Assembly (NCBI GenBank): GCA_963813535.1
Contig: CAWEZH010000001.1
Coordinates: 64,001-128,000, forward strand
DNA length: 64,000 nucleotides
Reading direction: 5' to 3'
Source: an uncultured Chloroflexia bacterium
Lineage (GTDB): Bacteria; Chloroflexota; Limnocylindria; Limnocylindrales; CSP1-4
Shown here: positions 11,099 to 19,833 of the stretch, one piece after another
Position numbering within the stretch: the stretch's first letter is position 1
How the letters are laid out: every line of letters starts with the position of its first letter
The notes under the pieces: model-generated
Told to the model about the DNA's origin: nothing
The model's input: the letters and a program-made list of their open reading frames with translations, nothing else
Database searches by the model: none
Program-made: the position numbers and the translations under genes

Positions 11099-12519
11099 CG
11101 GATCGCGTCGTGCTGCCCGATCCCGCGGACCTCGATGACCTGCGTGGGCGCCTCGACGGCGACCGACACCGGCCGATCGGCATCCGCCGGATCCGCCTCG
11201 GTCGGGGCGCGCTCGATCGGCTTCCCGACGACGTCGCGGAGGTGTGCCGCGCCGGAGATGTCCTGCTGGTCATGGACCGCACGCCGATGCGTCGACGTGG
11301 CGAGGACCTCAAGGCGAGCGTCGTGGCCGCGCTCTCGGAGCGATTCCCGACCCGGATCGCCGTCCTGGGCAAACCGGGTGGGGAGCTCCACGCGGACGAA
11401 ACCGCAAGCGCCGAGCTCGACATGCACGTGCCGGGTGCCGGCTGCATCGTGGCGGTCGGCTCGGGGACGATCACCGACCTCGCGAAGGACGCCTCGATGC
11501 GGGCCGGCGACATCCCGTTCGTCGTCGTCCAGACCGCTGCGTCGGTCAACGCGTTCTCCGACGACATGGCCGTCCTCTTGCGGGACGGGGTCAAGCGGAC
11601 CGTCCCCTCCCGCTGGCCGGACATCGTCATCGCCGACGTCGATGTCCTCGCCTCGACCCCGCACGCGATGCACCTGGCGGGGTTCGGCGAGCTGTGCTCG
11701 ATGTTCACGGCACCGGCCGACTGGTATCTGGCGCATGCCACGGGCATGGACGACGCCTTCGATGCCGACGTCGTCGCCCTGTTCCGCGACGGCGCCGACG
11801 ACCTGCTCCGGGCAGCCCCCCGGATGCGCACGATCGACGACGATCCGGAGCTGCTCGAGGAGCTGGCCGGCCGGATGGCGCTGACCGGGATCGCGATGGG
11901 TGTGTCGGGTCGGACCGCGCCGTTGTCCGGCACCGAGCACCTCCTCAGCCACCTGATCGACATGGAGGCCGCGGCGGCGGGACGCGCGAGCGCGTTCCAC
12001 GGAGCGCAGGTCGGCGTGGCCAGTGTCCTCGCGGCGACGCTGTGGCACGACACGCTCGACCGGTTCGATCCCAAGCGCCTGGAACATGACGTCATCGCGT
12101 CTGACCGCGCCGACGTCGAACGGCGCGTCCGAGAGGCGTTCGATCCGATCGATCCGAGCGGCCGGATGGCGGACGAATGCTGGCGCGACGTCCAGCGCAA
12201 GCTCGATCGCTGGCAGTCGAGGCGCCACGACGTCGGACGGTTCATCGCCGATTGGGACCGACATCGCACCGCCCTCCGGGCGCTGGTCGCACCGCCGGAT
12301 CGGCTGCGCACGGCGTTGGTCGATGCGGGTGCGGCGGCCACGGTCGCCGAGCTCGATCCTCCGGCCACTGCGGCGATCGTGCGCTGGGCCCTTCGCGCGC
12401 TCCCGCTGATGCGCGATCGCTTCACGGTCGCCGACCTGCGCTTCCTCGCCGATGACTGGGACGCGGCGACGGTCGACTACCTGCTCGATCGATCGGGCAT
12501 CCTTGGGGGCGCCCGATGA
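11095..12519 (+). CDS. sn-glycerol-1-phosphate dehydrogenase-like protein (AraM/EgsA family)
   Basis: GSGTITDLAK, TAASVNAFS, SGTEHLLSHLID, FHGAQVG; ATGA overlap with the kinase stop. Confidence 0.8.
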   Translation: MTDRVVLPDPADLDDLRGRLDGDRHRPIGIRRIRLGRGALDRLPDDVAEVCRAGDVLLVMDRTPMRRRGEDLKASVVAALSERFPTRIAVLGKPGGELHADETASAELDMHVPGAGCIVAVGSGTITDLAKDASMRAGDIPFVVVQTAASVNAFSDDMAVLLRDGVKRTVPSRWPDIVIADVDVLASTPHAMHLAGFGELCSMFTAPADWYLAHATGMDDAFDADVVALFRDGADDLLRAAPRMRTIDDDPELLEELAGRMALTGIAMGVSGRTAPLSGTEHLLSHLIDMEAAAAGRASAFHGAQVGVASVLAATLWHDTLDRFDPKRLEHDVIASDRADVERRVREAFDPIDPSGRMADECWRDVQRKLDRWQSRRHDVGRFIADWDRHRTALRALVAPPDRLRTALVDAGAAATVAELDPPATAAIVRWALRALPLMRDRFTVADLRFLADDWDAATVDYLLDRSGILGGAR

Positions 12520-13337
12520 CCTCGCGGCGGCCCACGCGGATGTTCGGCGGCTACGTCTTCGACCTCGACGGGACGCTGTATCTCGGCGACGGCCTCCTCC
12601 CCGGAGCCGCCGAGACCCTCGCCGCGATCCGCGACCACGGTTCGCGCGTGGCGTTCCTGACGAACAAGCCGCTCGACGCGCCCGCGACGTACGCCGCGAA
12701 GCTGTCGGACCTCGGCATCCCGGCCGAGGCGAGCGAGGTCGTGACCTCGACCGACGCGCTGCTCCGGTACCTGGAGGCGCACGCCCCTGGGTCCACGGTC
12801 CTGCCGATCGCCGAGCCGCTGGTCGTCGAGCTGCTGCGCACGGCCGGGTTCACCATCTGCGACCCCGAGCGCCCCGAGGCTGCCGACGTGGTCGTCGTGT
12901 CGTGGGACCGCACCTTCGACTACGAGAAGCTCGTCGCGGCCTTCCGCGCGGTCCGGGCGGGCGCTCGGATCGTGGCCACCAACCCCGACCCGTTCTGCCC
13001 GACGCCCGACGGGGATCTGCCCGACTGCGCGGCGATGCTCGCCGCCATCGAGGCATCGACGGGCGCCACGGCCGAGGCCATCGTCGGCAAGCCGTCCCGG
13101 CACATGGCCGAGACCCTGCTCGCCCGGATCGCGCTGCCGCCGTCGGACACCGTCCTGGTCGGCGATCGTCTCAGCACCGACATCCGGATGGCGCACGAGG
13201 CCGGGATGGCGTCGGCGCTGGTGCTCAGCGGGGTGACCCAGCCGGCCGCCCTCGCGGAGGCGGCGTTCACGCCCGATTTCGTCCTGGCCGGCGTCGCCGA
13301 GATCCTGCCCCGCGACCGACTCGAGGAGGTGTCGTGA
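12516..13337 (+). CDS. HAD-IIA family phosphatase (NagD/AraL-like)
   Basis: FDLDGTLY, FLTN, ATNPD, VGKPS, VGDRLSTDI, VLSGVT. Confidence 0.9.
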   Translation: MTSRRPTRMFGGYVFDLDGTLYLGDGLLPGAAETLAAIRDHGSRVAFLTNKPLDAPATYAAKLSDLGIPAEASEVVTSTDALLRYLEAHAPGSTVLPIAEPLVVELLRTAGFTICDPERPEAADVVVVSWDRTFDYEKLVAAFRAVRAGARIVATNPDPFCPTPDGDLPDCAAMLAAIEASTGATAEAIVGKPSRHMAETLLARIALPPSDTVLVGDRLSTDIRMAHEAGMASALVLSGVTQPAALAEAAFTPDFVLAGVAEILPRDRLEEVS

Positions 13338-14056
13338 TCGAGTTCATCTTCATGCTGACCCGCGACGATCAGACCGTGCCCGACGCGCTCGAGGTGTACG
13401 GGACCCTGCGCGACACCGACCTGCGCTATGTCGGCTTCAAGGACATCGGTCTGCCGCCCGCCCAGCTGCGCGAGCTGGCACGAGCGATGCGCAGCGACGG
13501 CCGCGAGGTCTTCCTCGAGGTCGTGTCGGAACGCGCCGAGGATGAGCTCCGCTCGGTCCAGGCCGCTCTGGACATCGGCGTCGATTGGCTGATGGGCGGC
13601 ACGCACCCGGACGAAGCGCTCGCCATCCTCGACACGGTCGGGCCGCCGGGCACCCCCGGTCGACCGCGCTACTGCCCGTTCCCGGGGCGGGTCGTCGGCC
13701 ACCCGAGCATCCTCGAGGGGACGCTCGACGAGATCGCCGAGAGCGCCCGGGAGCTGACCGCACGACCGGGCGTCGACGGCCTCGATCTGCTGGCCTATCG
13801 CTGGAAGGGCGACGTCCCGGCACTCGTCCGCGCCGTCGTCGATGCGGCATCGGGTCCCGTCGTCGCCGCCGGCAGCGTCGACTCGGCCGAGCGGATCGAT
13901 GCGCTGGCAGGGGCTGGCGCCTGGGCCTTCACGATCGGCGGCGCCATCTTCGATCGCCGGCTGCCGGCCGGCGACAGCATCCGCGAACAAGTCGAGTGCG
14001 CCCTCGCCATGTCGGCGGCGGCCGCTGGAAGGGAGGTGGTCGCAGACGGTGCCTGA
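13334..14056 (+). CDS. Uncharacterised TIM-barrel protein
   Basis: GGAGG RBS and GTGA overlap; FIFMLTRDD, GFKDIGL, FLEVVS, LMGGT, PFPG...GHPS, DLLAYR, AGSVD...FTIGGA phosphate-binding-like end. Confidence 0.7.
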   Translation: MIEFIFMLTRDDQTVPDALEVYGTLRDTDLRYVGFKDIGLPPAQLRELARAMRSDGREVFLEVVSERAEDELRSVQAALDIGVDWLMGGTHPDEALAILDTVGPPGTPGRPRYCPFPGRVVGHPSILEGTLDEIAESARELTARPGVDGLDLLAYRWKGDVPALVRAVVDAASGPVVAAGSVDSAERIDALAGAGAWAFTIGGAIFDRRLPAGDSIREQVECALAMSAAAAGREVVADGA

Positions 14057-14102
14057 CCTACCGACCAGAGCGACCAGCGGCCATCATCACGGAGGAGGAG
14101 AG

Positions 14103-15311
14103 ATGTCGAAGAGACCAACGACCACCCGACCGCGCGACCCGGCCGAGATCTCCGCGCTCGCCATCGAGCGGCGAATGACCCGGCGACGGTTCCTCGTCGG
14201 TTCGGGCATGGGCATCGGTGCCATCGCCCTGGTCGGTTGCGCGCCACCGGCCGCGTCGGCCCCGCCGAGCGCAGCCGGCCCGAGCGCACCGGCCGCCAGC
14301 GGCGATGCAAGCCCGTCCGCGTCGGCTGCCCTGGGTGACACGCTGACGCTCGCCACGTGGCCGAACTACCACGACCAGGGCGTCCTGGACGAATTCACCG
14401 CCTCGACGGGCGTGGCCATCAACGTCCAGGTCTACGGCTCGACCGAGGAGATGGAGGCCAAGATCCGGGCCGGCAACTCGGGCATCGACGTCGTCGTGCC
14501 GTCGAACTACGCCATCGAGGGCTGGGTCGCGGACAGCCTCATCGAGCCACTCGATTACGCGAAGCTGCCCGACTTCGTGAAGGAGGACTGGAACCCACTC
14601 TTCATGGACCAGGCCTTCGACAAGGGCAACGCCGTCTCCATCCCGAAGAACTGGGGCACGACCGGCATCGCGTTCTGGAGCTCGAAGGTCAGCCCCGACG
14701 TGACGAGCTGGAAGCAGTTCTTCGATGTCGCCGGCACGACCTACAAGGGCAAGACGCTCATCGTCGACCACCAGATCAGCTCGTTCGGCTCGGCGGCGGT
14801 GGCGATGGGCTATTCCCTCAACACCATCGACCCGACCGAGATGGCCGCGGTCGAGGCGATGCTCATCGCGCTCAAGCCAAACCTGTTCGCGATCTCGTCG
14901 GACGTGCAGCCGCCGCTGCGCGCGCAGGACACGTGGCTATCGGTCGCGTGGACCGGCGACGGTGTCCAGGTCAGTCGCGACAACGCCGAGGCCAAGTACC
15001 TCGTCGCCACCGATGGCGGCGAGCTCTGGATCGACAGCTTTACGGTCGCCGCGGATGCCCCGCATCGCGACGCGGCCTACGCGTTCCTCAACTACATCAC
15101 CCAGCCAGAGCAGGCCGCGCGCGAGACGGAGTTCTGCCTCTTCCCGCACGCCAACGACAAGGCCACGGCGCTCGTCTCCGACGAGGTCAAGAACAACCCG
15201 GTGATCTATCCGTCCCCGGACTCGCTGGCGAAGCTCGAGTACGCGGTCAACGCCACGTACAACAGCCCCGAGCGGGCCGAGGCCTGGGCCCGCATCAAGG
15301 CGTCTGCCTGA
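14103..15311 (+). CDS. PotD/PotF-family ABC substrate-binding lipoprotein (Tat signal)
   Basis: GGAGGAG RBS; TRRRFL plus LVGC lipobox; TWPNY, DVVVPS, WGTTG, AWTGD, ELWID, AYAFLNY. Confidence 0.9.
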   Translation: MSKRPTTTRPRDPAEISALAIERRMTRRRFLVGSGMGIGAIALVGCAPPAASAPPSAAGPSAPAASGDASPSASAALGDTLTLATWPNYHDQGVLDEFTASTGVAINVQVYGSTEEMEAKIRAGNSGIDVVVPSNYAIEGWVADSLIEPLDYAKLPDFVKEDWNPLFMDQAFDKGNAVSIPKNWGTTGIAFWSSKVSPDVTSWKQFFDVAGTTYKGKTLIVDHQISSFGSAAVAMGYSLNTIDPTEMAAVEAMLIALKPNLFAISSDVQPPLRAQDTWLSVAWTGDGVQVSRDNAEAKYLVATDGGELWIDSFTVAADAPHRDAAYAFLNYITQPEQAARETEFCLFPHANDKATALVSDEVKNNPVIYPSPDSLAKLEYAVNATYNSPERAEAWARIKASA

Positions 15312-15322
15312 GGCGCTGACGG

Positions 15323-16207
15323 GTGGCAACGGTGAGCAGGAAGGTCGGGGGCCGTGCCGGGCGGCGCGGCCCCGCCGCCCTGCTCGCCCTGCCCGCCGCT
15401 CTCTGGTATCTGCTGTTCCTCATCGCCCCGCTCGTGGTGCTCGCCGTCATGTCGGTCGGCGAGCGCTCTCCGAACGGCGGGTACGCCCCGGGCTTCACGC
15501 TCGAGCAGTACGCCGCGCTGCCCACGCGGTTCACGCCGCTCGTCAACACGCTCGGTCTGGCGGCACTCAACACGGTCATCTGCGCGCTCGTCGCCTTCCC
15601 GGTGGCGTACACGCTCGCCCTGAAGGTCCGCGGGGCGTGGAAGCTCGTCCTCGTCGCGCTCGTCGTCGTCCCGTTCTGGACGAGCTTCCTCATCCGGACG
15701 TACGCCTGGATGACCCTGCTCGGCGGCAACGGCATCCCGCGCGTGCTCGGCTGGATCGGGTTCGACGACATCCAGTTGCTCAACACGCCCTTCGCGGTGT
15801 CGCTGGGCATCGTCTACAACTACCTGCCGCTCATGGTGCTGCCGATCTACGTCAGCCTCGAGCGGCTCGACCGTTCGTTCCTCGAGGCGTCGCGCGACCT
15901 CGGCGCCGGGCCGGTCGCGACGCTTCGCCAGATCGTGCTGCCCCTCGCGGCGCCGGGGATCCTGGCCGGCATCGTGCTGGTCTTCATCCCCGTCATGGGC
16001 GAGTACCTGATCCCGATCCTGCTCGGCGGCGGGAAGACCTACTTCCTCGGCAACGCCCTTGCCGACCTGTTCCTGCAGTCGAGGAACTGGCCATTCGGGT
16101 CGGCGCTCGCCGCCGTGTTCGTGATCGGGATGATCGTGCTGGTCGCGGGCTATCTCGCCGTGTCTCGCCGGCTCGTTCGATCCGGCCGTGAGTCCAGCCT
16201 CATATGA
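15323..16207 (+). CDS. ABC permease, PotB-like
   Basis: VPFWTSFLIRTYAW, YLPLMVLPIY, EASRDLGA EAA loop. Confidence 0.9.
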   Translation: MATVSRKVGGRAGRRGPAALLALPAALWYLLFLIAPLVVLAVMSVGERSPNGGYAPGFTLEQYAALPTRFTPLVNTLGLAALNTVICALVAFPVAYTLALKVRGAWKLVLVALVVVPFWTSFLIRTYAWMTLLGGNGIPRVLGWIGFDDIQLLNTPFAVSLGIVYNYLPLMVLPIYVSLERLDRSFLEASRDLGAGPVATLRQIVLPLAAPGILAGIVLVFIPVMGEYLIPILLGGGKTYFLGNALADLFLQSRNWPFGSALAAVFVIGMIVLVAGYLAVSRRLVRSGRESSLI

Positions 16208-17127
16208 GACTCGAGCGCTGGGGCGAGCGGCTCACCAGGCTGTACACGGCGCTGGTCTTCGCGTTCCTCTTCCTGCCGATCCTCATCGTGGTGATCTATT
16301 CGTTCAATGCCGGCCGCCACGTGACCGAGCTGCTCGGCTTCTCGACCAAGTGGTATTCCGAGGCGTGGTCGGACCGCTTCCTGATGGACGCCCTCGGCAA
16401 CAGCCTGATCATCGCCACCACGACGGCGATCCTCGCGACGATCCTCGGGACGGCGTCGGCGCTGGCGATGGACCGTCTGGGGCCACGCAAGCGCTGGCTG
16501 TTCGAGCTGCTCACCTACGTCGCGATCATCGTGCCCGGCATCGTGATCGGCATCGCCACGCTGATCTTCATCGTCACCGCGCTCGACTGGCTGAACCCGT
16601 GGGTCGCCTACTTCACCGCGGGACGCGGACCGGAGCTGGGGCTGGGCACGGCCAGCGTCGTTGCTGCCCACACGCTCTTCACGCTGGCGATCGTCAACGT
16701 GCTCGTCCGCACGCGGATGCGGGGCATGGACCGCACCCTCATCGAGGCGTCGGAGGACCTGTTCGCGACGCCGTGGCGGACGTTCTGGCAGGTGACGTTC
16801 CCGATGCTGCTCCCGGCCATCGTCGCGGGCGCGTTACTCGCGTTCACGTTCAGCTTCGACGATTTCATCATCGCGTTCTTCACCTCGGGCCAGGACCAGA
16901 CCGTGCCGATCTACCTGTTCGCCTCGATCCGGCGAGGGGTGAGCCCGGAGGTCAACGCGATCGCCACGGTCCTGTTGACGGTCACGATCGTGGCGATGAT
17001 CACGGCCGGGCTCGTGTACCGGCGCGGCCAACGGCGGGCAGGGGCCACGGTGGTCGGCGCGGGCGACGCGGCCGTGGCCGGGGTGCCGCTGGCGGCCAGC
17101 CCACAGCCGGCCGACGGGACGTCCTGA
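16204..17127 (+). CDS. ABC permease, PotC-like
   Basis: FLFLPI...YSFN, EASEDL, FTFSFDDF, GVSPEVNAIAT. Confidence 0.9.
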   Translation: MRLERWGERLTRLYTALVFAFLFLPILIVVIYSFNAGRHVTELLGFSTKWYSEAWSDRFLMDALGNSLIIATTTAILATILGTASALAMDRLGPRKRWLFELLTYVAIIVPGIVIGIATLIFIVTALDWLNPWVAYFTAGRGPELGLGTASVVAAHTLFTLAIVNVLVRTRMRGMDRTLIEASEDLFATPWRTFWQVTFPMLLPAIVAGALLAFTFSFDDFIIAFFTSGQDQTVPIYLFASIRRGVSPEVNAIATVLLTVTIVAMITAGLVYRRGQRRAGATVVGAGDAAVAGVPLAASPQPADGTS

Positions 17128-17867
17128 TGGCGCGGGCGCTCGCCCGACCGCTCCTCGCCGACGTCGTGCGCGACGGTCTGCGCCGGGCAGTGATCACGGG
17201 CGGCTACGAGCCCGGTTCCAAGCTGCCGAACGAGGACGCGCTTGCCGATCAGTTCGCGGTCAGTCGGGCAACGATCCGCGAAGCGGTGCGCGGCCTGGTC
17301 GAGGAGGGCTATCTCGTCCGCCGCCAGGGCTCCGGCACGTTCGTGACGGCGCGACCGCTGCTGCGAAACTCGCTCGACACGAACTTCTCGTACACCGCGT
17401 ACCTCGAGTCGACCGGCGTCCGGGCCGGCCGGCGGATCCTGGGTCTCCGCACCGTACCCGCCGACGAGGACGTCGCCGAGCACCTGCTGATCGAGGTCGG
17501 CGTCCCGGTCGTCGAGCTGACGCGCGTCGGACGGCCGACGACCGGCCGGCGGTCTACTCGGTCGACCGGATGCCGGCCGACGTGGTCGACGCCGAACGCG
17601 ACCGAGAGGCGTTGGGCGGCTCGATCTACGCGCTGCTCGCGTCGCGCGGCCATCCCGTGCGCCATGGCGAGGCGGCGGTCAGGCCGGCGGCGGCGGATGT
17701 GGACCTGGCCGCGGTCCTCGCGCATCCCGGAGGGGACGCTGCTCCAGCACCTCGAGCAGGTCGACATCGACGCCGCGGGCCGGCGGGTGCTGTATTCGCT
17801 GGAGTGGCACGTGCCGAGCGTCATCGAGCTGCGGGTGTATCGGCGAGGGCCTGGGATGGCCGACTGA
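17127..17867 (+). CDS. GntR-family (HutC/UTRA) regulator; two compensating frameshifts at about 17528 and 17720
   Basis: LPNEDALADQFAVSRATIREAV..L..EG...RRQGSGTFV HTH; the middle UTRA segment (DRPAVYSVDRMPAD...SIYALL) lies in an alternate frame. Confidence 0.85.
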   Translation: MARALARPLLADVVRDGLRRAVITGGYEPGSKLPNEDALADQFAVSRATIREAVRGLVEEGYLVRRQGSGTFVTARPLLRNSLDTNFSYTAYLESTGVRAGRRILGLRTVPADEDVAEHLLIEVGVPVVELTRVGRPTTGRRSTRSTGCRPTWSTPNATERRWAARSTRCSRRAAIPCAMARRRSGRRRRMWTWPRSSRIPEGTLLQHLEQVDIDAAGRRVLYSLEWHVPSVIELRVYRRGPGMAD

Positions 17868-17905
17868 CGGCCGAGCTGTCACACCCATCGGCCAGGGTTG
17901 ATCTC

Positions 17906-19387
17906 ATGACCAGGATCGGCTACACTCGACACGTCCCACCACCGCCTCCTCTCGAAGGACTCCGGATGACCGATACCGACCTCGACACCGGTGGTGAGAC
18001 CGGTCGCCGACCGACCGCCGCCGAGCTCTTCGCCGGGGTCGGGGGCTTCCATCTCGCACTCGATCGCGCCGGTTTCGACGTCGTGTGGAGCAACCAGTGG
18101 GAGCCCGCCACCAGGGCGCAGCACGCGTTCGACTGCTACGTCCGCCACGTTCGCAGCGGCGACTTCCAGACCTACGGCCGAGGCGAGCGCGGCATCGCTA
18201 CAACCCTGGACGTCCTCGGCCTGACGCCGCACGAAGCCGTGAACGAGGACATCGCGACCATCCTCGATCAGTTCGAGGCCGAGGTGAACGCCGTCGGTCG
18301 GCGAGCGACCTTCCCGACCATCCCCGATGTCGACCTCGTCGTCGGCGGCTTCCCATGCCAGGACTACTCGGTCGCTCGCACGTTGCGACAGGCCCACGGC
18401 CTGGTGGGGAAGAAGGGCGTCCTTTGGTGGGAGATTCACCGCCTGCTTCGGCTGAAACTTGCGACAGGGCGACCCGTGAACCACCTCTTCCTTGAGAACG
18501 TCGACCGGCTGATCAAGTCGCCGAGCGGCCAGCGAGGTCGTGACTTCGCTGTGATGCTCGCGTCACTCGCGGATCTCGGCTACGAGGTCGAGTGGCGCGT
18601 CGTCAATGCGGCCGACTACGGGTTCCCCCAGAAGCGGCGCCGAGTCTTCATCATCGGTCGGCGAGGCAGATCTGACGGGAGCCCGTACGACCAACTGTTC
18701 CGATCAGGCGTCCTGGCCCGGGCGTTGCCGCTCCGCGAGAAGGAGCCGTTCGATTGGGCGCCCATTCGGCTCGACCCTGACGTGAAGGTCGTCAGCGACA
18801 CATTCAATCTCGGGAGCAAGCGGACCCCGTTCGGGAACGCCGGCGTCATGCGCGTCAGTTCGTCAGGTCGTGGTGCTGCAGTCTGGACGGGCGACGTTCG
18901 GCCGGCCTTGGTCGGCGAGCGCACCGCCCTGGCCGACATCCTCGAGCCTGCTGACGACGTCCCGGCCCAGTTCTTCGTCGAAGGCGAGGAACTGGAGAAG
19001 TGGCGCTTCCTGAAGGGCAAGAAGAGCCTGACGCGGATCAGCCGGTCGACCGGTATGGAGTACACCTACGACGAGGGGGCGATCCCCTTCCCCGACCACA
19101 TCGATGGTCCCTCGCGGACGATCCTGACCGGCGAGGGCGGGGCGACGCCCTCACGCTTCAAGCACCTGATCCAGACCGAGGACGGTCGATACCGGCGACT
19201 CACCCCTCGAGAGCTGGAGCGACTCGACGGCTTTCCCGGTGACTGGACCACCGGCATGTCCGACGGCAAGCGTGCATTCATGATGGGGAACGCACTTGTC
19301 GTGGGGGTCGTCGAGCGGATCGCCGACGAGCTCGTCAAGGAGATGGCCGTTCCCGTGATCGAGTCGGAGCGGGCAGCCGCCTCGTAG
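17906..19387 (+). CDS. DNA (cytosine-5) methyltransferase, M.Sau3AI-like (start 17906 or 17966)
   Basis: ELFAGVGGF, SNQWEP, GGFPCQDYS, LENVDRL, PQKRRRVFI, SRTILTGEGG, RRLTPRELERL, MGNA. Confidence 0.92.
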   Translation: MTRIGYTRHVPPPPPLEGLRMTDTDLDTGGETGRRPTAAELFAGVGGFHLALDRAGFDVVWSNQWEPATRAQHAFDCYVRHVRSGDFQTYGRGERGIATTLDVLGLTPHEAVNEDIATILDQFEAEVNAVGRRATFPTIPDVDLVVGGFPCQDYSVARTLRQAHGLVGKKGVLWWEIHRLLRLKLATGRPVNHLFLENVDRLIKSPSGQRGRDFAVMLASLADLGYEVEWRVVNAADYGFPQKRRRVFIIGRRGRSDGSPYDQLFRSGVLARALPLREKEPFDWAPIRLDPDVKVVSDTFNLGSKRTPFGNAGVMRVSSSGRGAAVWTGDVRPALVGERTALADILEPADDVPAQFFVEGEELEKWRFLKGKKSLTRISRSTGMEYTYDEGAIPFPDHIDGPSRTILTGEGGATPSRFKHLIQTEDGRYRRLTPRELERLDGFPGDWTTGMSDGKRAFMMGNALVVGVVERIADELVKEMAVPVIESERAAAS

Positions 19388-19389
19388 CG

Positions 19390-19833
19390 TTGGCCGGGCT
19401 GCAACTCCCGAACCCTCCGCCATCCAGCCCGGCGGTCCGCCATGTCATGCGCGCCAACCGCGCGCGGAACACCGGGCCCGAACGACGCCTACGCGAGGCG
19501 CTCCGAGCCGCTGGCCTGGGCGGGTATCGGCTCAACTGGCGCAAAGCGCCCGGCCGACCCGACATCGCCTACCCCGGACGGAAGGTCGCGATCTTCGTCC
19601 ACGGCTGCTACTGGCATCACTGCCCGCGCTGCTACCCGAACCTCCCGAAATCGAACCCGGAGTTCTGGGCGCGCAAGTTCGAACTCAACCGCGAACGCGA
19701 TGCTCGGAAGCGAACTGGCCTCGAGGCGACCGGCTGGACTGTCATCGAAGCCTGGGAGTGCGACGTCCGTGACCGGCTGGAGACCTGCCTCGCAGTCGTC
19801 CAGAGTTCAATATCCGCGCCAAGCGGGATGTGA
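19390..19833 (+). CDS. vsr: Very short patch repair endonuclease
   Basis: MRANR..NTGPE, PGRPDIAY, IFVHGCYWH, N.EFW..K...N.ERD, WEC. Confidence 0.92.
   Translation: MAGLQLPNPPPSSPAVRHVMRANRARNTGPERRLREALRAAGLGGYRLNWRKAPGRPDIAYPGRKVAIFVHGCYWHHCPRCYPNLPKSNPEFWARKFELNRERDARKRTGLEATGWTVIEAWECDVRDRLETCLAVVQSSISAPSGM

Noticed and set aside
11095-12519. G1P dehydrogenase as evidence for archaeal-type ether lipids
   Set aside because: No GGGP synthase or prenyltransferase is recognisable nearby, and the context is catabolic (AraM-like).
10018-14056. Long N-terminal extensions in the ORF track (833-aa and 534-aa ORFs; also 19807-21831, 21168-22829, 57268-58515, 58790-60571)
   Set aside because: These are Arg/Pro-rich shadow translations overlapping real genes. 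True starts have an RBS, a start/stop overlap or a -10 element.
17570-19387. Apparent UTRA-methyltransferase fusion (605-aa ORF)
   Set aside because: The N-terminus is the out-of-frame middle of the frameshifted GntR. The MTase starts at 17906 or 17966.
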